DNA of 64,000 nucleotides, from contig DAHVKW010000001.1 of NCBI GenBank assembly GCA_027320695.1, positions 10,993 to 74,992 on the forward strand. Reading direction: 5' to 3'. Every line of letters starts with the position of its first letter. The first letter of the stretch is position 1. Position numbers and translations under genes: made by a program. The DNA comes from Actinomycetota bacterium (GTDB lineage: Bacteria > Actinomycetota > Acidimicrobiia > Acidimicrobiales > Acidimicrobiaceae). Below are positions 47,987 through 57,389 of this stretch, piece by piece. The notes beneath the pieces were generated by a model, which saw only the letters and a list, made by a program, of their open reading frames with translations, did not search any database and was not told where the DNA came from.

Positions 47987-49789
47987 TCAACGAGTTGTAT
48001 GCACGTGGACAACAGCCACGTCGCCGCGCAAGGCTTGATTGAGCCCGGATCTTAGCGCGCCCATGAGATCGTTGGGATCGTCGATTGGACCCGCGGTCCA
48101 GCATCCGTAGGATTTGGCCAGGGCGGCCAGATCCACCTGAGGATCGCTGATTCGCATGCCAATCCAGGAGTTCTCCGGCGGACGGCCCCGGTGCCGTGCA
48201 ACTCGCGCCTGGTGGGGCTCATCGTTATAGAACGAACTGTTGTCGTTTATCACCATGAGCATAGGTATCCCGTAATGCACCGCAGTCCAAAGGGCTGAGG
48301 AAGCCATCAGGAAGTCTCCGTCACCTATGATGCCCACGCCGAGTTTGCCTTGGTCCATAGCTGCAAGGGCGCCACCGACCATCGCGCCGGGACCATATCC
48401 GACGCCTCCACCCCCGGAGTCGCCAAAATATTGGCCGGCCCCTGTGAACTTCCAGATCCCTTCCGGCCAGCTTCTTGTATTTCTAAGGAGCAACAGGCAG
48501 TCGGTGTCTTTGACCGTTTGCCACAGTTCAGCGACGAGCCGGTGCTGGGATATTGGCATATCATTCCAATGGGCCCCAATATTTGCTTCCCGCAATTCTC
48601 TTGCCGCACTGATTCTTTCTGCTATCAGCTGATTTCGTCCGGCAACTTCGCTCCCGCGAGCCATTATCCGTACCGCGCTTAGCAGTTCCTTGAGTCCTTG
48701 CACTGGATCGCAGAGCAGTTGTATGCTGCGCGGCTTAATCATGCCAGATGAGTTGCTCCACGACCTTGCCCCAAAGTCGCCCATGGAAAGATCAATGATA
48801 CTGCTGGTATTTGCGGAGGTTCCATCATCTGGCATAGAACGGTCCATCAAGGATGGAAGGTCCACAACGTCGACTGAGAGTATCGTGTCGGTATCTGCCA
48901 ATACGCTGGGGTCCAGATTGCAGTTATTTGGATGGTCAGTGGGAAAAGCCACTGTGTTGCGGTCATCCATATAGGCCGCTCCGAGAAGCTCAACCAACTC
49001 AACCAGCAAATCCGTCGCCTGCCTGTTTCGGCCGATCCGACCACCGATAATTGCCGGCAATCGTGAATTGCAGAGCATCTCCGCCGCCTTGTGGACAGCC
49101 TCTAGGTCAGGCGCTATCGGAGGATGGGGTTGAAAAAGACCGATTTCCAAGCCTTCGACGGAATCAAGCGATACTTCCTCTTCCTGGAGAGCACAGTCGA
49201 GCGAGACGTAGGTAGGCCCGTATGGAGCGGAATTCGCGATTTGATGCGCCTTAATGAGGCTGAAAACGAAAGCCGAAGAAGGGCTTGGCTCATCATCCCA
49301 CTTGACGTAGGACCGGATCAGCTCGGCTTGAGTATCCGCAGAATGGATCCAATCTATGGGCCTTCGCTTGAAACGGTCTCTAGGTCCGCTACCACCGAGA
49401 ATAACCAACGGAACCTGATCCAGAAATGCATCGTAAACAGCCATTGATGCATGCATGAGCCCCACAAGATCATGAATTGCGGCTGCCGCAGGCTGGCCGC
49501 TTACCTTGGCATAACCATGCGCAAGAGAAACAGCGATTTCCTCGTGCAAACACAGAAGGAGCTTTGGATCTTCATTACCGTGGTAATTCACAATCGAATC
49601 ATGAAGTCCCCTGAAGCTCGACCCTGGATTAATTGCGATATACCTGTAACCGAGTTCGCCCAGCAGATCCACGGTAGCATCGGATCCGTGGGTTGGAATT
49701 TTCTTAAATGAATCCAGGGCTATCGGATTCTCAGTTGTCGCCATCCGCCATTTGTTTGACTTTACATCAGATTCTTCGCCGCTCATCAC
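47987..49789 (-). CDS. thiamine pyrophosphate-dependent enzyme (acetolactate synthase / benzoylformate decarboxylase superfamily)
   Basis: The TPP motif is IIGDGDFLM...VINDNSSFYN. The N-terminal PYR domain reads YIAINPGSSFRGLHDS...LHEEIAVSLAHGYA. Confidence 0.85.
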   Translation of the reverse strand: MMSGEESDVKSNKWRMATTENPIALDSFKKIPTHGSDATVDLLGELGYRYIAINPGSSFRGLHDSIVNYHGNEDPKLLLCLHEEIAVSLAHGYAKVSGQPAAAAIHDLVGLMHASMAVYDAFLDQVPLVILGGSGPRDRFKRRPIDWIHSADTQAELIRSYVKWDDEPSPSSAFVFSLIKAHQIANSAPYGPTYVSLDCALQEEEVSLDSVEGLEIGLFQPHPPIAPDLEAVHKAAEMLCNSRLPAIIGGRIGRNRQATDLLVELVELLGAAYMDDRNTVAFPTDHPNNCNLDPSVLADTDTILSVDVVDLPSLMDRSMPDDGTSANTSSIIDLSMGDFGARSWSNSSGMIKPRSIQLLCDPVQGLKELLSAVRIMARGSEVAGRNQLIAERISAARELREANIGAHWNDMPISQHRLVAELWQTVKDTDCLLLLRNTRSWPEGIWKFTGAGQYFGDSGGGGVGYGPGAMVGGALAAMDQGKLGVGIIGDGDFLMASSALWTAVHYGIPMLMVINDNSSFYNDEPHQARVARHRGRPPENSWIGMRISDPQVDLAALAKSYGCWTAGPIDDPNDLMGALRSGLNQALRGDVAVVHVHTTR

Positions 49790-49817
49790 TACCTCTTCCC
49801 CCCAGTTGCGAACACGA

Positions 49818-50729
49818 CTAAATTAATGCAGCCGCAAACAAGTCTTCTGACGTCAGTTTCTCCGGATTCAATGCCAACTCTTTCCTATCGGACAGCGCCT
49901 TCAATGGCAAACGGCGCAACTGGCGTCCATCCCATCCAGCACAGGCTTTAGCGAGTTCGCGGTGCATTTCAGCATTCTTGGCCAGCGGCTTTATTGCTGG
50001 CCAGATTTCGGACAGCTCGTCAAGCGACAGAGCAATGATTTTGGAGGCTGTCTCCACGTCAGGAATCTCCAGCGAAAGAACAAGATCTGCGCGCGACGTG
50101 AACGCCTCGTCAATCGCTCCGGGAAAGTTTGTAGTAGCCACCACCAATACGTTGGGACACCGCTTCATCAGTCTGTCCATGCCTTCAAGCACGGCGTCGC
50201 TCGCCCTGTGGACATCAATGGGGTTCGCTTCGAAAGATGCGGATGAACGTCGTACGGCAAAACTCTCCACTTCGTCAATAACTACGACGAGATGGGGGTA
50301 TCGAAGTGACAATTCTGGAAGCGAGTTGTCGAGCAGCCTCGCAACGTTTCTCTGGCTTTCTCCGAGCATTTCGCTGGGAAGGACGTGCGGATTTACCTCT
50401 ATGAGACAGGTATCCCCTTTTTCGGCCAGTTCTTTGGAAACAATTTCAGCCAGGCCAGTGGCCAACGTGGTCTTACCGGTCCCTGGAGGGCCGGACAATA
50501 TTACGAGCCGTTGCAACGCGCCAGGCAGCGCATAAAACTCCTTTTCGTGTGCCAATGCAAGGAGGGCATGCGAAAGCAGGCGAGATTTGATCCTCTCGTC
50601 GACAATGATCCGGTCCCAGTTGCGGGTACCGCCCTCGTCCGGCAATATCCGTTGCGCCGAAACTCCATGTATCGGCGCGGAATGGTGATGGTGGTCTACG
50701 GCCAAGTTGGCCGCCTTACCTCGGGCCAC
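49818..50729 (-). CDS. TRIP13/Pch2-like AAA+ ATPase
   Basis: Walker A SGPPGTGKTT and Walker B VVVIDEVES. TTNFPGAIDEAFTSRADLVLSLEIPD and the C-terminal GRQLRRLP closely recall the TRIP13 motifs IDVAFVDRADIKQYIGPP and GRVLRKLP, as I remember them. Confidence 0.6.
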   Translation of the reverse strand: MARGKAANLAVDHHHHSAPIHGVSAQRILPDEGGTRNWDRIIVDERIKSRLLSHALLALAHEKEFYALPGALQRLVILSGPPGTGKTTLATGLAEIVSKELAEKGDTCLIEVNPHVLPSEMLGESQRNVARLLDNSLPELSLRYPHLVVVIDEVESFAVRRSSASFEANPIDVHRASDAVLEGMDRLMKRCPNVLVVATTNFPGAIDEAFTSRADLVLSLEIPDVETASKIIALSLDELSEIWPAIKPLAKNAEMHRELAKACAGWDGRQLRRLPLKALSDRKELALNPEKLTSEDLFAAALI

Positions 50730-51763
50730 ACGATCGTGCTGAGATCTCCAGCTTGGGCATTCCTTATCCGGTCTGGTGGTTCTTCGAATAGCACCAATGG
50801 ATCACAGAGAGCGCGCATCGTTTCGAGAACGGTGTCGAACATGTGGATCCGAACGACTCGGGCACTGTCATCTGGGTTGTCGTTTATGTGCTGGTGCCAC
50901 AGGAAATGATCAACGATTATCAAATCGCCTTTTTTCCAGGGGTGGTTCTCACCGTTATCGGGTTCCGTACCAAGAAATGAATGACCGGTTCCATCTACCA
51001 CATAGAGCCAGGCTTCGCCGGGATGACGATGCATTGACTGCGCACGACCCGGCCCGATTTCAAACATTGCCATGGTTATCCCCGATGCTTGGTATCCCGT
51101 GGCTTTGTCGAGCAGGAATGTGGTGCGGGTACCCCGGGGAGTTTGCAAAAACTCGAGTTCATCCCAACTGGTGTGGAGGCGTCCACTTCTGCGCGCCTCT
51201 TGTTCAGCCGCCAAGCGGCGTACGCGCCTGGAATATGGATCGTTTCCGGACACGCCTTGAGTGAACTGCGGACGCGGAGGAAGTTGCGCAAAAGGCGTGT
51301 CGCCACCGTCTTCAAGAATTGCGAAACCAAGGATCTCCATAAACGGCTCGCTTGAGAAGGTCATATATCTCGCAGTTACTTCACCTTCATTGCCATGCCT
51401 GTGCCAGGCCCATGCGGGGAGATGCAGACTGTCCCCCGGACCCCAGTTGATGCGAACTCCATCGATTTCAGTCCATCCAAAACCGGCTACGCAAAACATC
51501 ATGGCATCCCATGAATGGCGGTGGACCTTCGAAGTCACACCACTTGGTATCTCATGTGCAGCTCCATCCATGGTTCGTGTTGGCTTGTCTGCGTCGGGGC
51601 CGATATAGGCTCCCGAAACAAGTCCCCGGTCAGTTTGATGCATTTCGACATCTTCAAGCTTTATTACGGTTCGCTGATTCAAGCGCCAATCTTCTAAAAA
51701 TTGCGCGCGGCGCTTCTTTTGGACTTCATAATGGCTCGTTGCAGTTCTCGTCACATTGGTCAT
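50696..51763 (-). CDS. gentisate 1,2-dioxygenase-like bicupin
   Basis: ORF 50696..51877; the preferred ATG is at 51763. KVHRHSWDAMMFCVAGFGWTEIDGVRINWGPGDSLHLPAWAWHRHGNEG matches the GDO-type cupin motif. A second cupin carries HRHPGEAWLYVVDGTG. Confidence 0.75.
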   Translation of the reverse strand: MTNVTRTATSHYEVQKKRRAQFLEDWRLNQRTVIKLEDVEMHQTDRGLVSGAYIGPDADKPTRTMDGAAHEIPSGVTSKVHRHSWDAMMFCVAGFGWTEIDGVRINWGPGDSLHLPAWAWHRHGNEGEVTARYMTFSSEPFMEILGFAILEDGGDTPFAQLPPRPQFTQGVSGNDPYSRRVRRLAAEQEARRSGRLHTSWDELEFLQTPRGTRTTFLLDKATGYQASGITMAMFEIGPGRAQSMHRHPGEAWLYVVDGTGHSFLGTEPDNGENHPWKKGDLIIVDHFLWHQHINDNPDDSARVVRIHMFDTVLETMRALCDPLVLFEEPPDRIRNAQAGDLSTIVWPEVRRPTWP

Positions 51764-52245
51764 AAAAAATACATCCCCTCTGTAAAGTTCCAACCTCCCG
51801 GCCTGGTATGGCAAGTAATTGCCGCTACCAAGCTGACCAACACTGCGTGGATTACTTTTGCGCCGGTCGCATCCCAACGTTTCAGCCTAGTCAGTCAGGA
51901 TTGATTCGGGATATTAGTCTAACTGTCATACCCATTGAAATCAGTGACAAGTTGTTCCAAAAAATACCGTCAATCTTTTAATTTACGACGATGGCTGGCA
52001 TAATTCCCTCAATCCAGTTGATTGGCGCGAAATATAATCTGCACACTTGCAAACGACTGACTACCCCCGTGGAGGGCTGCGCATGGGCAAGGAGATTATC
52101 ATAGGAATTGCGCTGCAAATGCCACTGCAGATTTTGTTGTGACAGATGGCGAACTAAGTGGTACAAATATTAAAGGGACGAACGTCATAAGTTGACAGTG
52201 TCTGATTTGTGAGTACCTTAGACGGTCGGTTAGGGAACAACAGGA

Positions 52246-53004
52246 GTGGATGTGGATAATAAGAAGAAGCCGGATTCATCCAATCTGGATCATGGCATGA
52301 ACCAGATGTTTAGTCCAATAACCACAGTTCGAATCTCTTCAATAATTGTTGATCGAGTGAGAGCCCTAATTCGGGAAGGCAAGCTCAAGCCAGGTGACAG
52401 GCTCCCTACTGAAAGGGAGCTATGCAGCTCCTTTGGCATTGGAAGGGCAACCGTAAGAGATGCGCTTCGTATTCTCGAGACAATTGGGTTGATCGAAGTG
52501 AGGGTGGGCTCACGCGGTGGAGCCTTTGTGACGGCGCCAACTTCGGTGCAAATTGGTGCTGGCCTTAATGACATGCTTGCAGCTGCGGCAATATCAGCTG
52601 CCGAAGTGCGCGAAGCACGCCTCACCTTTGAACTCGGCCTCATCGATCTAATTTGCGAAAGAATCACCGACGAGGATCTAGCATCGCTGACCGATATCTG
52701 TGATCGATCAAAGGCCGCCTTGGAAGACGACAACTACACTCTCAACCTGTCTCTGGAATTTCACACGGCCCTCGCCCATTGTGCCCACAACAGGGCCCTT
52801 GACATGATTGTTGAAACCTTCCAGGTTTCTCTTGAGATGTTCGAGCGTCCCGTCAAGCAGGGTGGACCCACTCACGAGACACCTGGGGTCCAGGAACACA
52901 TTGACATAGTTGAGGCAATAAAATCCAAGAATGCAACCCTGGCTAAGGCCATTATGGAACTCCACCGGAGCAGGACACCGAAACTCCTGAGGTTGATCGC
53001 TTAG
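52246..53004 (+). CDS. GntR/FadR family transcriptional regulator (paralogue of 30280..31062)
   Basis: GDRLPTERELCSSFGIGRATVRDALRILETIGLIEVRVG. It is divergent from the dioxygenase operon. Confidence 0.85.
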   Translation: MDVDNKKKPDSSNLDHGMNQMFSPITTVRISSIIVDRVRALIREGKLKPGDRLPTERELCSSFGIGRATVRDALRILETIGLIEVRVGSRGGAFVTAPTSVQIGAGLNDMLAAAAISAAEVREARLTFELGLIDLICERITDEDLASLTDICDRSKAALEDDNYTLNLSLEFHTALAHCAHNRALDMIVETFQVSLEMFERPVKQGGPTHETPGVQEHIDIVEAIKSKNATLAKAIMELHRSRTPKLLRLIA

Positions 53005-53050
53005 ATAACCAGGCTATATCCAAGTCGACGAGGCCTCGGAGTCTCGAACA

Positions 53051-53908
53051 CTAATTGCCTACGCAAAGCTTGAGGCAGCGATAGGCGAAAACCTCCGACA
53101 TGTCGGTCTTGTACTGCGCTGTGCCTCGCTCGTCGTCCTGAGGGTTGACTGCATCACGCGCAAACAGAGCCGCACTGCGTAGCGCAGATTCATCGGCGGT
53201 TGTTCCCACCAGAGCCTCTGCGGCCCGCGATGAGATGATGGGAGTTGCCCCGACTCCGCAAAGGACCACCCTTGCCGCGTTGATGGTCTTGCCATCATCT
53301 GCAAAAGTGAGAGATGAGCCCACCCCAACAGTCGGGTAATCCCCTTCTGAAGTCGGCGCGAAGCGCAGATACGCCGACCGGCGAGCCGAAATTACGGGAA
53401 TCACGACCTTCGTGATAAGTTCGTCCGGGCCGAGCACGGTCTCGAGGAATCCTTTATAAAACTGGGCAAGGCTTACTTCTCGCGCGGAAGACGTGCTTCG
53501 CAACGACACCCTCGCATCCACTGCGATCAGAGCCGGAGGAATATCCTGGCGGGGATCAGCGTGGGCTATAGCGCCCCCTAATGTAGCCATTGCTCGTACC
53601 CGAGCATTTCCAATAACCCCTGCGGCTGCACTCAGACCCGGTAGAAGACGGGCAATTTCTAGGTTGCCAGCTATTTCTGCCACAGATGTCATTGCTCCAA
53701 TACTTATCTCAGAGGATGAAATCGTAATCCCTTGGAGCTCAGTCAGTTTGCCTAGCCAGACCACCCGAGAGGGTTCGATCAAACGTGTTTTGTACAACAG
53801 AGCCGTCGAGGTTCCGCCTCCGAGATAGATGGAATCCTCTTTGGCAATCGCCTGCAATGCCTCATCAACTGAGGTTGGAATCAGAAATTCGGTATCAGTC
53901 GATTGCAA
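53051..53908 (-). CDS. molybdenum hydroxylase FAD-binding (medium) subunit
   Basis: ORF 53051..54016. The likely TTG start at 53908 follows GGAGGAATACG. IYLGGGTSTAL is the FAD-binding motif. The length of about 285 aa is CoxM/XdhB-like. Confidence 0.85.
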   Translation of the reverse strand: MQSTDTEFLIPTSVDEALQAIAKEDSIYLGGGTSTALLYKTRLIEPSRVVWLGKLTELQGITISSSEISIGAMTSVAEIAGNLEIARLLPGLSAAAGVIGNARVRAMATLGGAIAHADPRQDIPPALIAVDARVSLRSTSSAREVSLAQFYKGFLETVLGPDELITKVVIPVISARRSAYLRFAPTSEGDYPTVGVGSSLTFADDGKTINAARVVLCGVGATPIISSRAAEALVGTTADESALRSAALFARDAVNPQDDERGTAQYKTDMSEVFAYRCLKLCVGN

Positions 53909-54341
53909 CGTATTCCTCCACCGCGCTAAGGATTGTTTGATAGCCTGTGCAACGGCAAAGGTTGCCGGCCATGTACTTCTTGATTTCCTCCTTGGAGGAG
54001 GCTGCCACCGAATCAATCGCGGCTGCGGCCACTATCTGCCCAGGGGTACAAATTCCGCACTGCATCCCCTCATTTTCTACGAATAACCCAATAAGTTCCG
54101 GCTTCTTCTCGGCGAGGCCTTCGATAGTCCATACGTCTTTGTCCGAAAGCGTACCGACTAGGCAGATGCAGGAACTTACCGGAGATCCGTTCACCATGAT
54201 GGTGCAGGCGCCGCAGACGCCCACGCCGCATCCCTCTTTAGTTCCCGTAAGGGACAGACCCCTTATCACATCTAGAGCAAGTGACATTGGATCTGCGTCA
54301 AGTTCAATGCCCTTGCCGTTCAAGCTAAAAGTGATTTTCAC
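53895..54341 (-). CDS. molybdenum hydroxylase (2Fe-2S) small subunit
   Basis: CGVGVCGACT and CGICTPG...CRCTGY cysteine motifs. Confidence 0.9.
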   Translation of the reverse strand: MKITFSLNGKGIELDADPMSLALDVIRGLSLTGTKEGCGVGVCGACTIMVNGSPVSSCICLVGTLSDKDVWTIEGLAEKKPELIGLFVENEGMQCGICTPGQIVAAAAIDSVAASSKEEIKKYMAGNLCRCTGYQTILSAVEEYVAID

Positions 54342-56443
54342 TTAGACTTACCTTCCTTCATCGCCCAATAAATAGCTTCAGCTTTTATTGGGAGTTTCCT
54401 GAGCCGTGCACCGGTAGCGTCAGCAACCGCGTTTGCCACAGCCGCACCAGTGGGACAGTTCGCGAGTTCGCCAACCGCCTTAATGTTGTTAGGTCCAACG
54501 CCATGGCCGCCTCGAAGCAGGACGGTGGTCAGCTTGGGAATATCCGCAGCATTGGGAATCTTGAAGTCGCCCATTGTCAGCGCCCAAACTCGTCCTTCAT
54601 CCTCGAGCAGATCTTCCATCACCGCGAAACCAAACCCCATGACCGTGCCGCCATCAATCTGCATCTGGTGCGCCTTCTCGTTCACTATTTCGGCCACATC
54701 GACAGCAGATATGATTTCAAGTACCTTTAGTTGGCCAGTGGCAGGATCGACTGCGACCCGAGCCAGCTGAACGGAATATGCACCACTGGGAGCATCGGAA
54801 CCTTCAGCCGTGGTTATTTCTACTATGTCCTGGTCCCCTGGCAGTTGCTTCCAAAGCTCGATAGCGTTCGCCACTGCAACTGTCACACCCAGGCTCACCC
54901 GACTGCCGCCAACTCCTGCATCGGTCGGAAGCGAAGAAGTTGATACCTGCTTGACTTCGATTTGATCGGCATTGAGCCCAAGACCGCTGCGAAGCATCTC
55001 ACGTACAACTGTTTGGCCACCAGCCCCATTTTCGGGGATAGGGACTTCGGCAATGATGTTCCCCCCTTGACCTCTTCGCAGTCTCAGACTAGTTTTTGGG
55101 ACAGCCGCCATGCTTCTCGCGTAAACAGCGACACCTTCGCCATAGAGCCAGCCTTTCGGAATCGGAAGGTCATTTGGCTGCGAGATCGCCAATGCCAGCG
55201 CCTCTTTGCCGCGGTACTCGATCCACGTATCACCGTAAGGATTGACGTCACCTTCGCTGAGAAGGTTTATTTCGCGTATCTTGATCGGGCCAATGCCTGA
55301 CCGACGTCCTAACTCATCCAGGGCAGATTCAAATGCGAAAGCTGCCTGAGGTGATCCAGGTGCCCTCATATGGCCTTTGGGCTGGTTGTTGGTATATACA
55401 ATCTTGGATTCAACAAAAAACTCTGGAACTCGGTATGCGATGGCCGCATCTACGATTCCGTGAAGGTTTACTGTAGGCACTGGCTTGAAGCCAGCGTACG
55501 CGCCTCCGTCAAGGAGAGCCTCGACAATGCCGCCAAGCAACTTGCCCTCTCCGTCGATTCCTAGACGCACGCGTATCTCCGACGCGTGCCGGCCGTCAGT
55601 TGATAGCAGATCATCTCCATAACGGAGTGTCATCTTTATCGGCCGATTCATCAAGATCGATAATGCCGTGCACAGAGGCGCGTCGCCAGGCGCACCTTTG
55701 CCACCAAAATCACCACCGAGAATCGTTGGCATTATTTCAATCTTTTGGGCATTGAGAGAAAATACCTTTGCCAAGACCTCCCGCAGTCGATAGGGACTCT
55801 TGTTCGTGGCCCATACCGTAAGTGTTCCATCGCTTTTATAATCAACTACGCAGGACTGCGGCTCGAGGTATCCCTGATGGTCGCCAGGCGTCGTGTAGGT
55901 CTCATCCACAATGTGCTCGGCGTTTCTCAAAGCAGCTTCGGCTGCTTCACGTGAGCCGTGAGCGTCTACCGACTGGATATTGCTACCGGACTGCGGCGTG
56001 GCGACGGCACCGAGGTATTCCCAGGGCTTCTCGTGGACGAGCGGAGCGCCCGGGACGATTGCTTCGCGCGCTGTGGCGACAACTGGAAGCTCTTTATAGT
56101 CGACTTCAATCAGTTCGGCCGCCGCCTCGGCAATTTCCCGTGAGGCCCCCACCACAGCTACGATCGGGTCCCCTACCCGTCGGACTCGGTCGCTCGCCAA
56201 AATAGGTACGTCAAAAACTCGTCTTCCATAAAGGTTCGTCGCGACCGGAAGGTCCTTTGCGGTAAAGACTCCGAGAACTCCTTCCATCTTTTCCGCGACA
56301 GAAGTGTCAATGCTCTCTATCAAAGCCGAAGGATAATCGCTCCTCTTTACAGCTGCGTAGGCCATTCCCTCGAGCACGACGTCGGCAGTATATTTAATTG
56401 CGCCCGTAGCCTTTGCAACCGCGTCAATACGACGTTCTGACAT
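54338..56443 (-). CDS. molybdopterin-binding large subunit of a xanthine dehydrogenase family hydroxylase
   Basis: 701 aa with GGDFGGKG and GHMRAPG motifs of the generic hydroxylase type. The CODH loop AYRCSFR is absent. Confidence 0.9.
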   Translation of the reverse strand: MSERRIDAVAKATGAIKYTADVVLEGMAYAAVKRSDYPSALIESIDTSVAEKMEGVLGVFTAKDLPVATNLYGRRVFDVPILASDRVRRVGDPIVAVVGASREIAEAAAELIEVDYKELPVVATAREAIVPGAPLVHEKPWEYLGAVATPQSGSNIQSVDAHGSREAAEAALRNAEHIVDETYTTPGDHQGYLEPQSCVVDYKSDGTLTVWATNKSPYRLREVLAKVFSLNAQKIEIMPTILGGDFGGKGAPGDAPLCTALSILMNRPIKMTLRYGDDLLSTDGRHASEIRVRLGIDGEGKLLGGIVEALLDGGAYAGFKPVPTVNLHGIVDAAIAYRVPEFFVESKIVYTNNQPKGHMRAPGSPQAAFAFESALDELGRRSGIGPIKIREINLLSEGDVNPYGDTWIEYRGKEALALAISQPNDLPIPKGWLYGEGVAVYARSMAAVPKTSLRLRRGQGGNIIAEVPIPENGAGGQTVVREMLRSGLGLNADQIEVKQVSTSSLPTDAGVGGSRVSLGVTVAVANAIELWKQLPGDQDIVEITTAEGSDAPSGAYSVQLARVAVDPATGQLKVLEIISAVDVAEIVNEKAHQMQIDGGTVMGFGFAVMEDLLEDEGRVWALTMGDFKIPNAADIPKLTTVLLRGGHGVGPNNIKAVGELANCPTGAAVANAVADATGARLRKLPIKAEAIYWAMKEGKSK

Positions 56444-57312
56444 ATTCCACCCTCTGTTTTACCTGTTACCTATAAAACGAATACACCATTATTTATGCAT
56501 CACAAAACCGCAACGTAACCCCAAGCGGCAACTGCCTTTACGAACCGATTCTATCGGGATGACACCGTAGGTGACTGGAGCATTACAGTTCTACAAACCT
56601 AACCAAGTGTCCGCTACGTCAACACAGTATCAGACTATAAAACGAAGCAAAGGACAAACGGTATCGAACCCCAAATGTTTATAGTAGCAATCACACTCTC
56701 ATTTGCTCCTGAAATACGGCAAGGAACAGAAAAATATTCTTGTAATGAGGTTGGCTTCTAAGTCTGTTTGCGACAAGCATGGCCTTGGGAAATAAACGGT
56801 CGCGGGTAGCCTCTGAAAGACACTGCATCCAGCCTAGCTCTAGCGGACTTAGTTATTGCGGCAGGCATTGGATGACAAAGTGGCGTAGGTCCTTCCACTA
56901 TTCAATGCCAATGTTTGCGGAACTTTTTGCGCAATTTGCAGGGGTGCCAAATCGACCGGCCGGTCCAAAATAAGGGATCCCATTTCCAGCCTCATGTCAC
57001 GGGGAGTTCCAACGCCCGCTTGTAGCCGCCGATATTCTGAGACTCGCCCATGAATAGGCTGATAGCGGCGAGTTCCACTGAATCGAGCATATCGACTCAA
57101 GATCAACGCCCCAAGGTAAGGCTCGAGAGGACTATTTGCCACATTTCGACCGTAAAGGAATTGTGCTATTTTGCAGGACCATCAAGAGTCCACTTCAACT
57201 GCGAATTGGTAAAACTAGATGATGTTCAGGTTTCAGCCCGACCCGTTTTTAAATTTCGTGAAATCTGCATTGGATAAAGAATGAGGGCTAAAGCTAACTT
57301 TTTAAACTGTGA

Positions 57313-57356
57313 ACCCATACGACGTGCAGAGAAATAGTGCTGCAGGTCGTATGGGT
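57313..57356 (-). terminator. long hairpin 34 nt downstream of the tctC stop
   Basis: ACCCATACGAC pairs with GTCGTATGGGT (11 bp), plus an inner 5-bp TGCAG/CTGCA stem. The trailing U-tract is weak. Confidence 0.45.
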
Positions 57357-57389
57357 AATTCACTGTTCTAGATATTGTTAATCTTTCTG

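Noticed and set aside
47563-51877. A CBASS-type anti-phage operon around the TRIP13-like ATPase
   Set aside because: The neighbours are recognisably a cupin dioxygenase and a TPP enzyme. I see no CD-NTase, HORMA or effector signature.
53051-56443. Aerobic carbon monoxide dehydrogenase (coxMSL)
   Set aside because: The large subunit has the generic GGDFGGKG / GHMRAPG motifs, not the CODH active-site loop (AYRCSFR). There are no coxDEF-like genes adjacent.
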